Below, piece after piece: positions 6,896 to 17,368 of a stretch of 64,000 nt of DNA. The translations under genes were made by a program, and so were the position numbers. The DNA is taken from positions 288,001 to 352,000 of the IMG/VR virus record IMGVR_UViG_3300031992_000005, one strand, 5' to 3'. The DNA is from a virus. How positions within the stretch are numbered: the stretch's first letter is position 1; the number at the start of each line of letters is the position of its first letter. The notes under the pieces are model-generated. The model was not told the DNA's origin and made no database searches. It saw only the letters and a program-made list of their open reading frames with translations.

Positions 6896-9800
6896 ATGGC
6901 TAATAACAATCAAAATCAGCCAAAGAAAGACGAATCCTACGCTAACTATCAACAGGCAGGTCAGCAATTGCTTCAAATGAATGCTGAAAGACAGAAGAAC
7001 ATAGCTCTTCAGAGACAGGCTAATGCCAATCAGCAAGGGACTACTGAATTACTGTCACAAGCGGGCGCAATGGCAACTATGGGAGGAGGTGGTGCAGCAA
7101 TAAATCCACAGACTCAAGCTATGTTAAGGAAATATGGCTATGGTCAGCCTAAGGTACAAAGGGCTCAAGGTAGAGAAGTAAAAATTGTTCCGAATAATAT
7201 TGTTATTAATAACAACTATAACACAGTATCCAATAACAATGTTATTCCTCAACAAGGTGGTGGGAATGACGCTGCTAATAGTCAGAGTAGATTCAAGACT
7301 TGGATTAGTGGGATTTTTGCTAGACAGAAAGAGGAAACTGCTAAGAGAGACCGAGAATATCAAAAGCAAGAGTGGGCTATCGGTAAGAGCACTAATAGAA
7401 TGCTCAGACAGATGACTGATGCTGGCCGTAATGTAGCAAATGCAATAAATCCTAGAAATTTAGGTTCTTCTTTAGGTGGTCAAATAAAAACACTGCTCTT
7501 CCTATTTGGTATGAGATTTTTGTCTAAGAACTGGACTAAAATCTTGGATATAACTACTACCATAACTGGATATATAAAAGAAGGATTGGCCTTTTTTGGT
7601 ATAGGTGATGAAACTAGAGTAAAAGCCCTAGCAGCACAAGGTAAGGATTTTCGAGGCAGATTTATTTCATTTTTCACTGAACCTGCTAGAGCCAGGGATG
7701 GAAAAACTACAGTAATCAGTCTCATGAGGGAAATGATACAAAGCTTTGGAGATTACATTAAGACTTTCATTGAAGGTCAGATGGAACTTCGAGGTATCGC
7801 CATGAGAAGTATCAAATTCCCAAAAATAGACTTTAAACCTGCAGATTCGTCTGGTTGGAATCCATTAGCTAGTGCTATAAATAGTGCAATATCTAGTTTA
7901 GGTGATTCGTTGACAAATGCTCTTTCTGGCATGGGAACCTACATTGGTGATATATTTACTGCCTTTGTAAATCCTAAAGCTGGTGCAAGAAGAGCAATTG
8001 TTTCTAATGTTAGAAACTTAGGTACAGAAAATTCAAGAAAAAATCAGGAATACTATAGAAATGTAAATAGATTTACTGCAGTCAATGTATGGGATGGCGA
8101 TAAAGCAAATGGTTGGGCAGTAAATGCTGGAGACGCAGCGAATGAATTAGTAGGAGAAGATTATTATGATGCAGCGAATCATAGATACTTAAAGGGTAGT
8201 AGAAGATACGCACTCTTGGAGAATGCTCTAGAAGGTAATAGGTTAAGAAATACAGCTGGTTCTCAAATTAGCCAAGGTCGAGACTTGTTAGGTGCTATTA
8301 ATAATGCGAAAACACATGGTAGAATAGATACTGCTAGATTTGCAAGTGGTGTATCTAGACTCTATGAAGCAGCTAAGGAAAATGAAAATGGCGTAGTAGT
8401 TGACCAGGAATTTGTAAATACACTGATTGGAGAGAAACTAAAGAGAGATCTTACCTCAACTAGGGACTTAGTACCTGTTAAGATGAAGTATGTCGTAGCT
8501 GACCTAGATGCTTCAGAATACGGAAATCGAGGTTCAGAGTTATATAAGGAGGCTGCTGGAACTTCAGATGACTTGTTAGTTGGAAAAGTTCCATTATTAG
8601 GTTGGGGATTAAATGTAGCTACCGCAGGTATACAAAAATTAGGGAATTCACTTGCTACTCACCTTAATTCTAAAAAACTAATATTAGTTCCTGAATCAGA
8701 TCCTAGACCTGCAGTTACTAAGATTAAGGATGTTTGGGGTGCTAATACAACTGGTGATGTAAAAGACCTAGGAAAACCTGTCAGTACTTATTACCGATTG
8801 ACTCCAACTGCCATAGAGAAGATAATGCAACACCGCATTAGTAAGGACGCAGATATAGATAACTATGAAACATTCTTACCAGGTGTTGATAAGTTCTTAG
8901 TTCGTGCAGGTGGTGGAGAAGCAGCAGTTAATAAAAAATGGAGTGAAAGCCAGAAGAAAAACCTTCAGTTTACTCAAGAGCGTTTTGGAGGTAATCAGCG
9001 AGATTATGATATTACAAGCGGTTTTAATGAAATAAGACGTATTGAACTTGCTGAACAAAAATTACGATCTAAGATGGAGAATCATCCATTTATGGGTTAT
9101 GTTAATCGTGCTGTTAATAATGCAGAAAAACTGGTTAATAAAGGAGTTGAAGGTGTTAATAACGTTGTAAGGTGGTTTGGTACAACAGATCTTGGTAGAA
9201 ATCTTGCAACTGAGAGAGTTACTAATAAAACTGTTAGAGCTAATGCCCAAAGAATAATGGATTTCCTCATTAATGAGGGTGGATTTACTCCAGATCAAGC
9301 GATAGGAATTCTTGGAAACTTGTATATAGAATCAGGCAGATCCCTCAGTCCACGAGCAATAAATCCCAACGATAGTGGAAAAAGGTCTGTAGGCCTAGCT
9401 CAATGGAGAGACGATCGTGATAAGGCTCTTCAACAATTTGCTTCCAGTCGAGGAAAATCTTGGGATGATTTCGATACTCAGCTAGAGTTTCTTCTATGGG
9501 AACTTGGGAACAAAGAAAGAGCTGCAAACAATGCCGTTAGAAAATCGAATAATTTCCAGGAAGCTGCATATGCTTGGAGACTTTTTGAGAGATATGATGG
9601 CTGGGATACTGGCGGAAGAACTACGGGCTTGCATAAAGAACGACAGAAGGCCGCTTGGTCTATGTATAATATGCTCAAGAACGATGGATACTTTGAAGGA
9701 AAGAGATTAAGTGTTAATGGTTCTACAAGTAATGACGGCAGTGATCTAATGAATTCAAATATACCAGAAGGCTCTATCTTCATATCTACTGCACGCCCTG

Positions 9801-12490
9801 GAGCAAATACTTCGGGCGGATACAATTATTATAATTCACCTGGATCGTTCTCTATGCCTTCTACAGCAGCTGCTCCAAGCAATAATGGCTATTACTTACC
9901 ATTACAGAATAACTCTATGGTTATAACTTCACCTTTTGGTAATCGTGCAGATCCCGTTAATAAAGGTAAAGTACAATTTCATAAAGGTATCGATATTCGA
10001 GCTAATAATGAGAATATTTACGCCACAGAGAACGGAGGTAGAGTTGTTAAGGTAAACAATAATGCTGGCTCTGGTGGTGGAAAGTCTGTAACAGTAGAGT
10101 ATGATCGTGGTAACGGTAATAAAATACAAACCACCTATAGACACTTATCTAGCATTGGTGTACGAGAAGGTGAAGGTGTTCAGGCAGGTCAACAATTAGG
10201 TGTATCAGGAAATACTGGTCGTAGATCAACAGCACCACACTTACATTTCGAAGTTAGTACTATAGATAGTAACGGCAATTCACAAAAGGTAGATCCTACT
10301 GCATATCTTGCAGATATAAGTCAGGCAGGAGGATTATCTTTGAATATGTCTTATAAAAACGGAAGTGGAGGTATAGTAGTAAATGGTAGTTCTGAATCTA
10401 TTTTCGAAAATGATACTATTGAACGCCCTTTCGGTAAAGAAGATATCAAAACTGAAAAAGAACTAAAGCAACAAGAGGTAAAATCAGCCGTTGCTAGAGA
10501 AGCAATGAGGGTTTGGGAAAAATATCCGGAACTAAAAGAAGCTTTTGATGATTATGATCATTTCGAAAATTATTGGATTACAAAAGGTCCTAGTAAAAGA
10601 AAAAAGCTAATGAAAGGCTATATGGCTTATCATAATCATAAAAAAGCCATTGATGCAGACCCGAACCTATCTAAGTTAGGCGTACATCATTTTGCTGAAA
10701 TATGGGCTAGTAAATCAACAGAACCTTGGGAAGTGATAAACAGAGCTGAACAAGGTCGACAGTTTGAAAAGATAGAAGAAGGTGCTGATGCTTTTGCAAA
10801 GAAAATAGAAGAACAATCGAAAGACACTCTTTGGATAAGAAATGATTATAAGAGAGGTTCGGACAAAAAATGGAAAGATGAAGTAGATGCTATAGGAGAA
10901 AGCGGGGCCTACAAGAGACTTTATAAGGATATTCTAGAGGGAAGAAAAGGCTCTGGTTATGATGATAAGATAGCAGCATCTATTCTATTTGGAGATGATT
11001 ATAATAAATTACGAGAAGAGCTAAACGATACTAACACAGCTATTACTAATGCAAAGTACAGAGGCATTAATCACGACAAGGAAATTACGAAGAAAGACTT
11101 CCTGCAAAAAAAGTTAAGAAATTTTGAACAATCTGCATATAACTATACAACGCTAGCAAATAATGAAAGTAAATCTAAGAGAAAACAACTCTTTTCACAA
11201 AATCAAAAAATAGCCCAAATAAAAAATCAAATTTTAAGTTATGAGGAGGAGAGAAAAGCTATTACTGCAAAAGCTGAAAGACAACTACTTAATTGGCCTA
11301 ACATGACTGCAGAAGAGATTAATGAGCTAGAATTAAATACTGTAGCAGATATTGCTTGGATCAATGATAAGCAGGATAGTCTCCGACAACAACTATATAA
11401 GATAATGGATGGGCTAGGTGAAGATCAAGAGGAGTTTAAAATCAAGCTAGAGCAAGAAATTAAATTACAAACAAAGACAGGAGAAGAACTTTGGGGTGAA
11501 TTTAATAATATTATGGATAGCGGTAAATCTCAGATAGAGGCATTAGGTGAAATGATGCGTGAGTATGGAAAAGAAGTTCTTGAAAAAATGAGGAATGAAT
11601 TAGCAAAAACTATAACATTCTTCCAAGATCATGAACTTACTGAAAACATGTTCGATCCTAATTATAATCCTACTGCACAATTAACCGCCCTTGAAAAAAT
11701 ACAAGAACAGAAGAAAGCTTTAGTCGAAGAATATGGATCTTGGACAAAAGTTCTAGACGATAAAAGAATTCCACTTGAACTTGCGGAAAAAAATATAAAA
11801 CAAAACGCTGCAAATGTTCAAGTTACTATTCAAGGTAATCAAGCTCTATCTGAAAATGGATTGGCTGAACCTATAAAAAATGCAGATGAACTCAATACAA
11901 AAGCACAGGGAGTAATTAATAAAGTTGATAAGCTCTCTAATAGAAAAACCACTATGGAAATACTTCCAAAAGGTTGGGGAGGAACTGGGTATGATGAAAA
12001 TTATACAAGTAATAAGCCAGATGAAAAACCAGTCTTTACGTCTAAATATTATAATTCCGGATACATTGATGAGAAAACTGGTAAGATAAATGGTCCTCTG
12101 ACAGATTCCTCAGGATTTAATAAAAAGAGAAAAACGCCAGTCAAACTATCTAGTGGTAAAACTGTAGGAGGCTATACTGAACCGGGTAATCCACTAACCC
12201 CTTCTGGATATGTCCTTCACAAAGATGAGTTTGTAGTTAATTCTAAGTCTCTGAAAAACCCATTGATTAGTGATATTGTCCGAGCAATTGATGTTTATCA
12301 GGGAACTAATAAGGACTCAGTTAAGACACCAATCTCTAAAGAATCGATATTAACTGCAGAATCTTCAAAAATTACTGCAATTAACACCGCAGAAACAAAT
12401 GCTAGATTAGAGCAGTTAACTCAAGCTGTATTAAATTTAGGAAGAAGTGGAGGAACACCAAAAACTAAAGTTCCTTCTTATACACCATGA
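6896..12490 (+). CDS. Tail tape-measure-like protein with phage-tail-lysozyme-like and M23 peptidase domains
   Basis: 1864-aa ORF. Lysozyme-like domain at about 9241-9680: GILGNLYIESG...VGLAQWRDDR...QLEFLLWEL. M23 motifs at about 9924-10310: FHKGIDI ... TYRHL ... GNTGRRSTAPHLHFEV. The C-terminal half is long and coiled-coil-like, rich in E/K/Q. Positioned directly upstream of the baseplate genes. Confidence 0.75.
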   Translation: MANNNQNQPKKDESYANYQQAGQQLLQMNAERQKNIALQRQANANQQGTTELLSQAGAMATMGGGGAAINPQTQAMLRKYGYGQPKVQRAQGREVKIVPNNIVINNNYNTVSNNNVIPQQGGGNDAANSQSRFKTWISGIFARQKEETAKRDREYQKQEWAIGKSTNRMLRQMTDAGRNVANAINPRNLGSSLGGQIKTLLFLFGMRFLSKNWTKILDITTTITGYIKEGLAFFGIGDETRVKALAAQGKDFRGRFISFFTEPARARDGKTTVISLMREMIQSFGDYIKTFIEGQMELRGIAMRSIKFPKIDFKPADSSGWNPLASAINSAISSLGDSLTNALSGMGTYIGDIFTAFVNPKAGARRAIVSNVRNLGTENSRKNQEYYRNVNRFTAVNVWDGDKANGWAVNAGDAANELVGEDYYDAANHRYLKGSRRYALLENALEGNRLRNTAGSQISQGRDLLGAINNAKTHGRIDTARFASGVSRLYEAAKENENGVVVDQEFVNTLIGEKLKRDLTSTRDLVPVKMKYVVADLDASEYGNRGSELYKEAAGTSDDLLVGKVPLLGWGLNVATAGIQKLGNSLATHLNSKKLILVPESDPRPAVTKIKDVWGANTTGDVKDLGKPVSTYYRLTPTAIEKIMQHRISKDADIDNYETFLPGVDKFLVRAGGGEAAVNKKWSESQKKNLQFTQERFGGNQRDYDITSGFNEIRRIELAEQKLRSKMENHPFMGYVNRAVNNAEKLVNKGVEGVNNVVRWFGTTDLGRNLATERVTNKTVRANAQRIMDFLINEGGFTPDQAIGILGNLYIESGRSLSPRAINPNDSGKRSVGLAQWRDDRDKALQQFASSRGKSWDDFDTQLEFLLWELGNKERAANNAVRKSNNFQEAAYAWRLFERYDGWDTGGRTTGLHKERQKAAWSMYNMLKNDGYFEGKRLSVNGSTSNDGSDLMNSNIPEGSIFISTARPGANTSGGYNYYNSPGSFSMPSTAAAPSNNGYYLPLQNNSMVITSPFGNRADPVNKGKVQFHKGIDIRANNENIYATENGGRVVKVNNNAGSGGGKSVTVEYDRGNGNKIQTTYRHLSSIGVREGEGVQAGQQLGVSGNTGRRSTAPHLHFEVSTIDSNGNSQKVDPTAYLADISQAGGLSLNMSYKNGSGGIVVNGSSESIFENDTIERPFGKEDIKTEKELKQQEVKSAVAREAMRVWEKYPELKEAFDDYDHFENYWITKGPSKRKKLMKGYMAYHNHKKAIDADPNLSKLGVHHFAEIWASKSTEPWEVINRAEQGRQFEKIEEGADAFAKKIEEQSKDTLWIRNDYKRGSDKKWKDEVDAIGESGAYKRLYKDILEGRKGSGYDDKIAASILFGDDYNKLREELNDTNTAITNAKYRGINHDKEITKKDFLQKKLRNFEQSAYNYTTLANNESKSKRKQLFSQNQKIAQIKNQILSYEEERKAITAKAERQLLNWPNMTAEEINELELNTVADIAWINDKQDSLRQQLYKIMDGLGEDQEEFKIKLEQEIKLQTKTGEELWGEFNNIMDSGKSQIEALGEMMREYGKEVLEKMRNELAKTITFFQDHELTENMFDPNYNPTAQLTALEKIQEQKKALVEEYGSWTKVLDDKRIPLELAEKNIKQNAANVQVTIQGNQALSENGLAEPIKNADELNTKAQGVINKVDKLSNRKTTMEILPKGWGGTGYDENYTSNKPDEKPVFTSKYYNSGYIDEKTGKINGPLTDSSGFNKKRKTPVKLSSGKTVGGYTEPGNPLTPSGYVLHKDEFVVNSKSLKNPLISDIVRAIDVYQGTNKDSVKTPISKESILTAESSKITAINTAETNARLEQLTQAVLNLGRSGGTPKTKVPSYTP

Positions 12491-13710
12491 CAAGTAAAGA
12501 AATTAACTATAGCAATGGAGCTGACTTAGGCGATGGAGTTTCTGGTTTCTATTATGATAGCCAGTTGAATCTTGAAACTATGTCAGCTTCTCTTCACCCA
12601 AATTCCATCCTAGACAAAGATGGAATAAAATGGATATCTATACCAACAGATGAACAGGAATCTACGGATAATCAAATATACAGTGACACTAGAGTAACAA
12701 CCAAAACAGAGGAACAATACCCATATAGAGAGAAGCCTATTTGTAAAGCCATAATAAATGAAGAATTTCAAGTATCAATTGCCAATACTTATACGGGTTT
12801 TGGTGAAGATTTTATAGGCGGACTCTGGAGTAACCTAAAACCACTTGCACCATATGCCGGCGAAGCTGCAAAGTTCCTTGCAGATATAGCCAATCAAACG
12901 GAAAATTACTTTGCCGACAAAGTAGGTGAAGGCAAAAATATGAGCGAAAATGGAAATAAAGCCCTAAGTGCCTTTCTTAGTGTTATGAGGAATGCCTCAA
13001 ATTTTGCTGGTCAGGCTGGGGATTATTTAAACAGATCATTGGTAGTTCAAGGTAGTAGATTTTCTTATTACAATGGTACTGGTATTGATTTTGGTAATCT
13101 GGTTATGAAATTTACAGTATTCTCGGGATTTCATACTGTGGATGAATATGATGGGGAGAATCACAAGGTTATCAAAAAGGTTATTGAGTATAATAGTGTA
13201 TATAATCAAATTGCTGAAATTCTTCCATATGTAATAGGTGAATTTGTTCCTATAACGGACATAACGAAGAATTCTTCAGAGGAGGTAAAGCAGTTTGTCA
13301 GTGAATTCGCATCCTGGCAAATGCCGCCTGGTGGATATGTACCTTACTACAAGGACGTAGATACTGTTCACCCAGGAACGCTAAAACTTAGACTAGGCCC
13401 TTACTTTTCAGTAGAAAATCTTGTTATTAAATCCGCTCAGTTTACTTACTCTAAGGCTATGTCAAAAAATCCTACATATAGGGGTGATTCAAAAATATCT
13501 AAGGATACTCAAAATTATCTAGTACCATTATCCTGTGAGGTATTATTAAATCTAAGCCCTATTACTAAGCACTCAAGACAATCTCTTGAAAGATATATAA
13601 AGGGAACTTCCTCTAGAGGTACTAAGAAAATTTTAGAGGGAAAAATGGAAGATAGTCTTAGTAAAATAGAAGAAAGAACAAACGACATATCTAAGATTAG
13701 TAGAATTTAA
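12487..13710 (+). CDS. Tail/baseplate protein in the gpU / Mu gp43 position, function unknown
   Basis: 407-aa ORF. ATGA overlap with the tape-measure stop. Called by synteny only. Confidence 0.4.
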   Translation: MTSKEINYSNGADLGDGVSGFYYDSQLNLETMSASLHPNSILDKDGIKWISIPTDEQESTDNQIYSDTRVTTKTEEQYPYREKPICKAIINEEFQVSIANTYTGFGEDFIGGLWSNLKPLAPYAGEAAKFLADIANQTENYFADKVGEGKNMSENGNKALSAFLSVMRNASNFAGQAGDYLNRSLVVQGSRFSYYNGTGIDFGNLVMKFTVFSGFHTVDEYDGENHKVIKKVIEYNSVYNQIAEILPYVIGEFVPITDITKNSSEEVKQFVSEFASWQMPPGGYVPYYKDVDTVHPGTLKLRLGPYFSVENLVIKSAQFTYSKAMSKNPTYRGDSKISKDTQNYLVPLSCEVLLNLSPITKHSRQSLERYIKGTSSRGTKKILEGKMEDSLSKIEERTNDISKISRI

Positions 13711-14018
13711 TGTTTACCAAGTCATCTAAAATAAATTCTAGTAGAACAGATTTTTCAAACTATATTGAAGGATTTGATGTATATAATGCGAGGGTCTTTG
13801 ACTTAATGAAAGAATATGATGACCAGCGTGTTCTCTACAAGATTACAACAAAAAGCTACAGACCTGATCTCATAGCAAAAGATATTTATGGAAGTACTGA
13901 TTATCTTCCATTTCTTCTGATTGCATGTGCATCAGGTCTTAGTTATTATACAAAAGGAAATACTATCAGTATTTTCCCAAAAGATATTATTGATAAAGTT
14001 ATTGCCAGGTTAGCATGA
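13710..14018 (+). CDS. Tail protein X-like (LysM-like) protein
   Basis: 102-aa ORF. YRPDLIAKDIYGSTDYLPFLLIACASGLSYYTKGNTISIFP resembles the LysM/P2 gpX pattern (GDTLDAI..RYYG......L..N.GL.....G..V.LP). Sits between the U-position and D-like genes, as in R-type pyocin clusters. Confidence 0.45.
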   Translation: MFTKSSKINSSRTDFSNYIEGFDVYNARVFDLMKEYDDQRVLYKITTKSYRPDLIAKDIYGSTDYLPFLLIACASGLSYYTKGNTISIFPKDIIDKVIARLA

Positions 14019-15157
14019 GGATAGAAACGTCACATAAAATTTCAGTATTCTTTAGTCCTTGGTTTGGTGAAACTCCAGATGATGCTGGCGATTTTAGTTT
14101 TACAAAACTACATCTATATGAAGAATTAGGTGGTAGTATTGCCTATGGAGACATAGACCTAGTATCTCTAGGTACTGACAGAGCAAACGAGCTCCTACAA
14201 AAACAAAGAACTGGAGTAATACAAATTGAACAAGAGGAAAGAGTTTCTTATAATATTCCAGTCTGTATTACAAAAGTATCTATGTATAGTAATTTAATTT
14301 CGTTAGGTTTTGTTTGTTGTAAATCAAAAGATTTCTTCTCTAAGAGAAAAACAGATACCTTAGAAATGGATATCTCAAGTGCTATACAGAATCTCTATTC
14401 TGGGAATAGTGATATTAGGTGTGAATCTGATGTTCAAGGAAGTTTGAAATTTTATCAACAAATGGAAACTGACTTAAGTCTTTTGACTAGGTTATGTTAT
14501 TCCTATAAAAAAGATTCTATCTTTGGCCTGGGTTGGAATGGATTAGTTATAAAAGAAACTTTTGGCGAGAAGAATAGTAAAGGGAATAAAGAACCTGATG
14601 AAAATATGATTCTCCCATTAGATGCAGAAGTTTTCCAAAAAGAGGAAAGAACTGAAACTTATTATCCACAAAACTATAAACCCCCAGTTAATGTTTGGGA
14701 AGACACTGAAGGAAAAATAGCCACACAGGATTATACTCAGGATGAGCCTATTAATCCAAGGGTCATAATGAAGCAGACAGAAAATGGTATGCAAACTTTA
14801 ATGATGCATAAGGATTATTACCAAATGCACGAGAATTATACATACAATACTAATTTTATGGCCACTAAGATGTACTCTTCTATAAAAGTTGTTGATCCGA
14901 TTGCTATTCCTAAATATATGCTAGGAGATGTAGTAGAAGTAGATAAACAAAGTCTTAAGGCTGATAATCTAAATTGGCCTGTTAAGTACTACTTAGTTAA
15001 ATCAAATGAATTCTTCATATCAATAGACGGTTCTCAGTTTGTTGATGAGAATGGTGCTAATTTCTCATGGACATCAACTCTCTTAGGACTAGAGGAAATT
15101 GATGGTACGGTTGCTATTGGTAGTGAAGAAGATCCAAGGGATAAAGAAGAAAAATGA
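14015..15157 (+). CDS. Baseplate hub protein, P2 gpD / Mu gp44-like by position and size
   Basis: 380-aa ORF (P2 gpD is of similar size). ATGA-type overlaps on both sides. Called by synteny only. Confidence 0.45.
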   Translation: MRIETSHKISVFFSPWFGETPDDAGDFSFTKLHLYEELGGSIAYGDIDLVSLGTDRANELLQKQRTGVIQIEQEERVSYNIPVCITKVSMYSNLISLGFVCCKSKDFFSKRKTDTLEMDISSAIQNLYSGNSDIRCESDVQGSLKFYQQMETDLSLLTRLCYSYKKDSIFGLGWNGLVIKETFGEKNSKGNKEPDENMILPLDAEVFQKEERTETYYPQNYKPPVNVWEDTEGKIATQDYTQDEPINPRVIMKQTENGMQTLMMHKDYYQMHENYTYNTNFMATKMYSSIKVVDPIAIPKYMLGDVVEVDKQSLKADNLNWPVKYYLVKSNEFFISIDGSQFVDENGANFSWTSTLLGLEEIDGTVAIGSEEDPRDKEEK

Positions 15158-15849
15158 AAAAGAATTTTGGAGTAATAAAAAAAGTGATCGACCCGGATTT
15201 ATTTACAGTTGAGGTAGACATTCCGGGCGAAAATGAAGCGCTTAGAGCTTTTCCAAAAAGAGGAGAAGTGGATGAACCTAGGGTGGGCGATGTCGTTTGG
15301 TTAGAGGAAGTTGACCCACTCTATCATTCATACTACCTTTATGAGAAATTGAAGGAAAATAACTTCATCGGAATAAGAGCTCGTGGAAAAGTACTTAGAC
15401 TTAGTTCAGATGAGATATCAGTTGGCATTTTCGATCCATCTGACGAGTCATGGTATGATAAGCAAGACGGGGCCGATCCAACACCAGAGCCAACATCATG
15501 GATCAAGCTAGACAAGGACGGTAACATTGATATTAATGGGGAGAAAAATACTACCATTAATATAAAAGGTAATGTTACTATCAACGTAGATGGAGATGCA
15601 AAGATCGACGTAAAAGGTAATGCTGAAACTAACGTAGGTGGAGATTCAAAATTAACTGTTTCAGGGGACACTGAAATTAAATCACCTAATGTGAAGATTA
15701 ATAGTTCTTCTCAAGTTCAGATTACTGGAGGTGGATCATTTAACATGAGAGGTACTGCATCACCTAGTGTGAATGGACCAATGAATTGTCTTAAAATGTG
15801 CGTTTTTAGTGGAGCCGTACATGGCTCAGATACTTGTACAGGAATTTAA
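15154..15849 (+). CDS. Baseplate central spike, gpV / Mu gp45-like
   Basis: 231-aa ORF. N-terminal OB-like segment (RVGDVVWLEEVDP). Followed by beta-helix-type repeats NIKGNVTINVDGDAKIDVKGNAETNVGGDSKLTVSGDTEIKSPNVKINS. The tip is Cys/His-rich (CLKMCVFSGAVHGSDTCTG). Confidence 0.7.
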   Translation: MKKNFGVIKKVIDPDLFTVEVDIPGENEALRAFPKRGEVDEPRVGDVVWLEEVDPLYHSYYLYEKLKENNFIGIRARGKVLRLSSDEISVGIFDPSDESWYDKQDGADPTPEPTSWIKLDKDGNIDINGEKNTTINIKGNVTINVDGDAKIDVKGNAETNVGGDSKLTVSGDTEIKSPNVKINSSSQVQITGGGSFNMRGTASPSVNGPMNCLKMCVFSGAVHGSDTCTGI

Positions 15850-15859
15850 AATATAGATT

Positions 15860-16849
15860 ATGCTATTAAATAATATAGAAGTAAAAATACTATCTACTGC
15901 CAAATTAATAGATGTATATAACAATAATTTTCCTGAGGATTTTTTAATGAAAAACGTCATTTACTGTATACATAATGAAGTAAATGGAAAAAATTATATA
16001 GGGCAAACTATAAAAGTTAAAGATAGATTTAGTAGAACTTATGTCGGTCACTTTAAGGACTATGATAGGTTTATTAATGGAGAAATTAATGAAACTCGAG
16101 CTCTATATAGGGCTTGGAAAAAATACGGACTAGAATCGTTCACTGTTTTTGTTATTGATGTAGGTTCTAACAGAGAGGAATTAAATAAAAAGGAAATTTA
16201 CTGGATAAAAACACTACATACTTGCGTTAAAGATTCAGAATGTTTTGGATATAACTTAACATGGGGTGCTGATGATATGAGCGTTACTTGTAGGGAATCT
16301 ATTCAAAGATCTCTGGAGACAAGGAAGAATATGTATGGAGATTATTTTCCCAAATGCCACACTCAAGAAGCCTATAAAAAAGGAGACGAGACTAAAAAAG
16401 ATAGGTATGGTTATACTGGATTTATCAATGCATTTACGCCAGAAGCTAATTCAAAAAGAAAGCAAACTAATCTAGAAAGATATGGAACTTTACATGGGCC
16501 TAATATGTCTAAAGAGGCTATCAATAAGATGGTAGAAAAGAAAATAGATAAATATGGAGACCCTATGGGAGTTTGCAATACTCCAGAGAATCGAGAAAAA
16601 GCAAAAAAGAATTCAAGAATTACAAGAATATTTAATTCAATCTCTCGGAACTTAAATCTTCTTAAAGAAAAAGGTATCGACATTCAAAGTTGGGAACAGT
16701 ATAGCTCGTATATGATCCATAGATATCATAGTGTCAATCGTACAAACCTTCATCTAGAAAAGATAATGGAAAATATTACAGATCTTAGGTCAGATAGAAG
16801 GTGGTCAACTACTTATGAAAAGATATTTGTAGAATCTATAAACAAGTAA
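15860..16849 (+). CDS. GIY-YIG homing endonuclease, free-standing mobile gene
   Basis: 329-aa ORF. VIYCIHNEVNGKNYIGQT...RFS...H...LYRAWKKYGLESF...NKKEIYWIKTL matches the GIY-(10)-YIG / R / E core. The C-terminal half has repeated x-R/K-YG modules (KDRYGYTG, LERYGTLHG, IDKYGDPMG). Confidence 0.85.
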   Translation: MLLNNIEVKILSTAKLIDVYNNNFPEDFLMKNVIYCIHNEVNGKNYIGQTIKVKDRFSRTYVGHFKDYDRFINGEINETRALYRAWKKYGLESFTVFVIDVGSNREELNKKEIYWIKTLHTCVKDSECFGYNLTWGADDMSVTCRESIQRSLETRKNMYGDYFPKCHTQEAYKKGDETKKDRYGYTGFINAFTPEANSKRKQTNLERYGTLHGPNMSKEAINKMVEKKIDKYGDPMGVCNTPENREKAKKNSRITRIFNSISRNLNLLKEKGIDIQSWEQYSSYMIHRYHSVNRTNLHLEKIMENITDLRSDRRWSTTYEKIFVESINK

Positions 16850-16863
16850 AAAATTACAGAACA

Positions 16864-17367
16864 ATGATGACTATAAGTTCAATGGCAGACCACATAATCA
16901 GTAGTATAAATAAAACAACTGACCCTGCCACTGCAAATAATAGCTTTTATAGTGCCCTTTGTAGTTACGTAGAAGCAAATGCAGAAGTATATTATTCCTG
17001 GAAAGCAGCACTTACTAGTCCACCCTATTCGGTAGACCCAGTAGTAGTTATAAAACCCACTATTAAGACGAGTGGTACTTTAACTCCATCTGGGGCAACA
17101 GATCCTGGGGAGGCCATGAGTATATTTACACAGACATTAAATGCTAATATAGCAACATGGACAATGGTTTGGCCACCGGGTTTTACATTAACTCCTTGTT
17201 TTATACTGCCGTCGGTTACAATAACTCCATCTGGTGCCACTGATCAGAAATCTGCAATGGAGGCTGTCTGTGCACAAATTATAGCAGGGATATTATTAGC
17301 GACCCCTGCAGCTACTGGATCACATGCATCTTTTGTAGGGGCTGCCACTTTTACAAGCATATCTTAA
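16864..17367 (+). CDS. Baseplate-module protein with internal TPSGATD repeat, function unknown
   Basis: 167-aa ORF. Repeats are TLTPSGATDPGEAMSIFTQ and TITPSGATDQKSAMEAVCAQ. Lies between the spike and gp25-like genes. Confidence 0.6.
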   Translation: MMTISSMADHIISSINKTTDPATANNSFYSALCSYVEANAEVYYSWKAALTSPPYSVDPVVVIKPTIKTSGTLTPSGATDPGEAMSIFTQTLNANIATWTMVWPPGFTLTPCFILPSVTITPSGATDQKSAMEAVCAQIIAGILLATPAATGSHASFVGAATFTSIS

Positions 17368-17368
17368 T

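Noticed and set aside
6719-10144. Short ORFs inside or antisense to the tape-measure gene: 6719-7036, 7124-7369, 7185-7415, 7480-7725, 9062-9298, 9345-9825, 9504-9710 and 9929-10144.
   Set aside because: All are embedded in a 5.6-kb ORF with clear lysozyme-like and M23 motifs. None has a motif of its own, and their composition is typical of off-frame translation.
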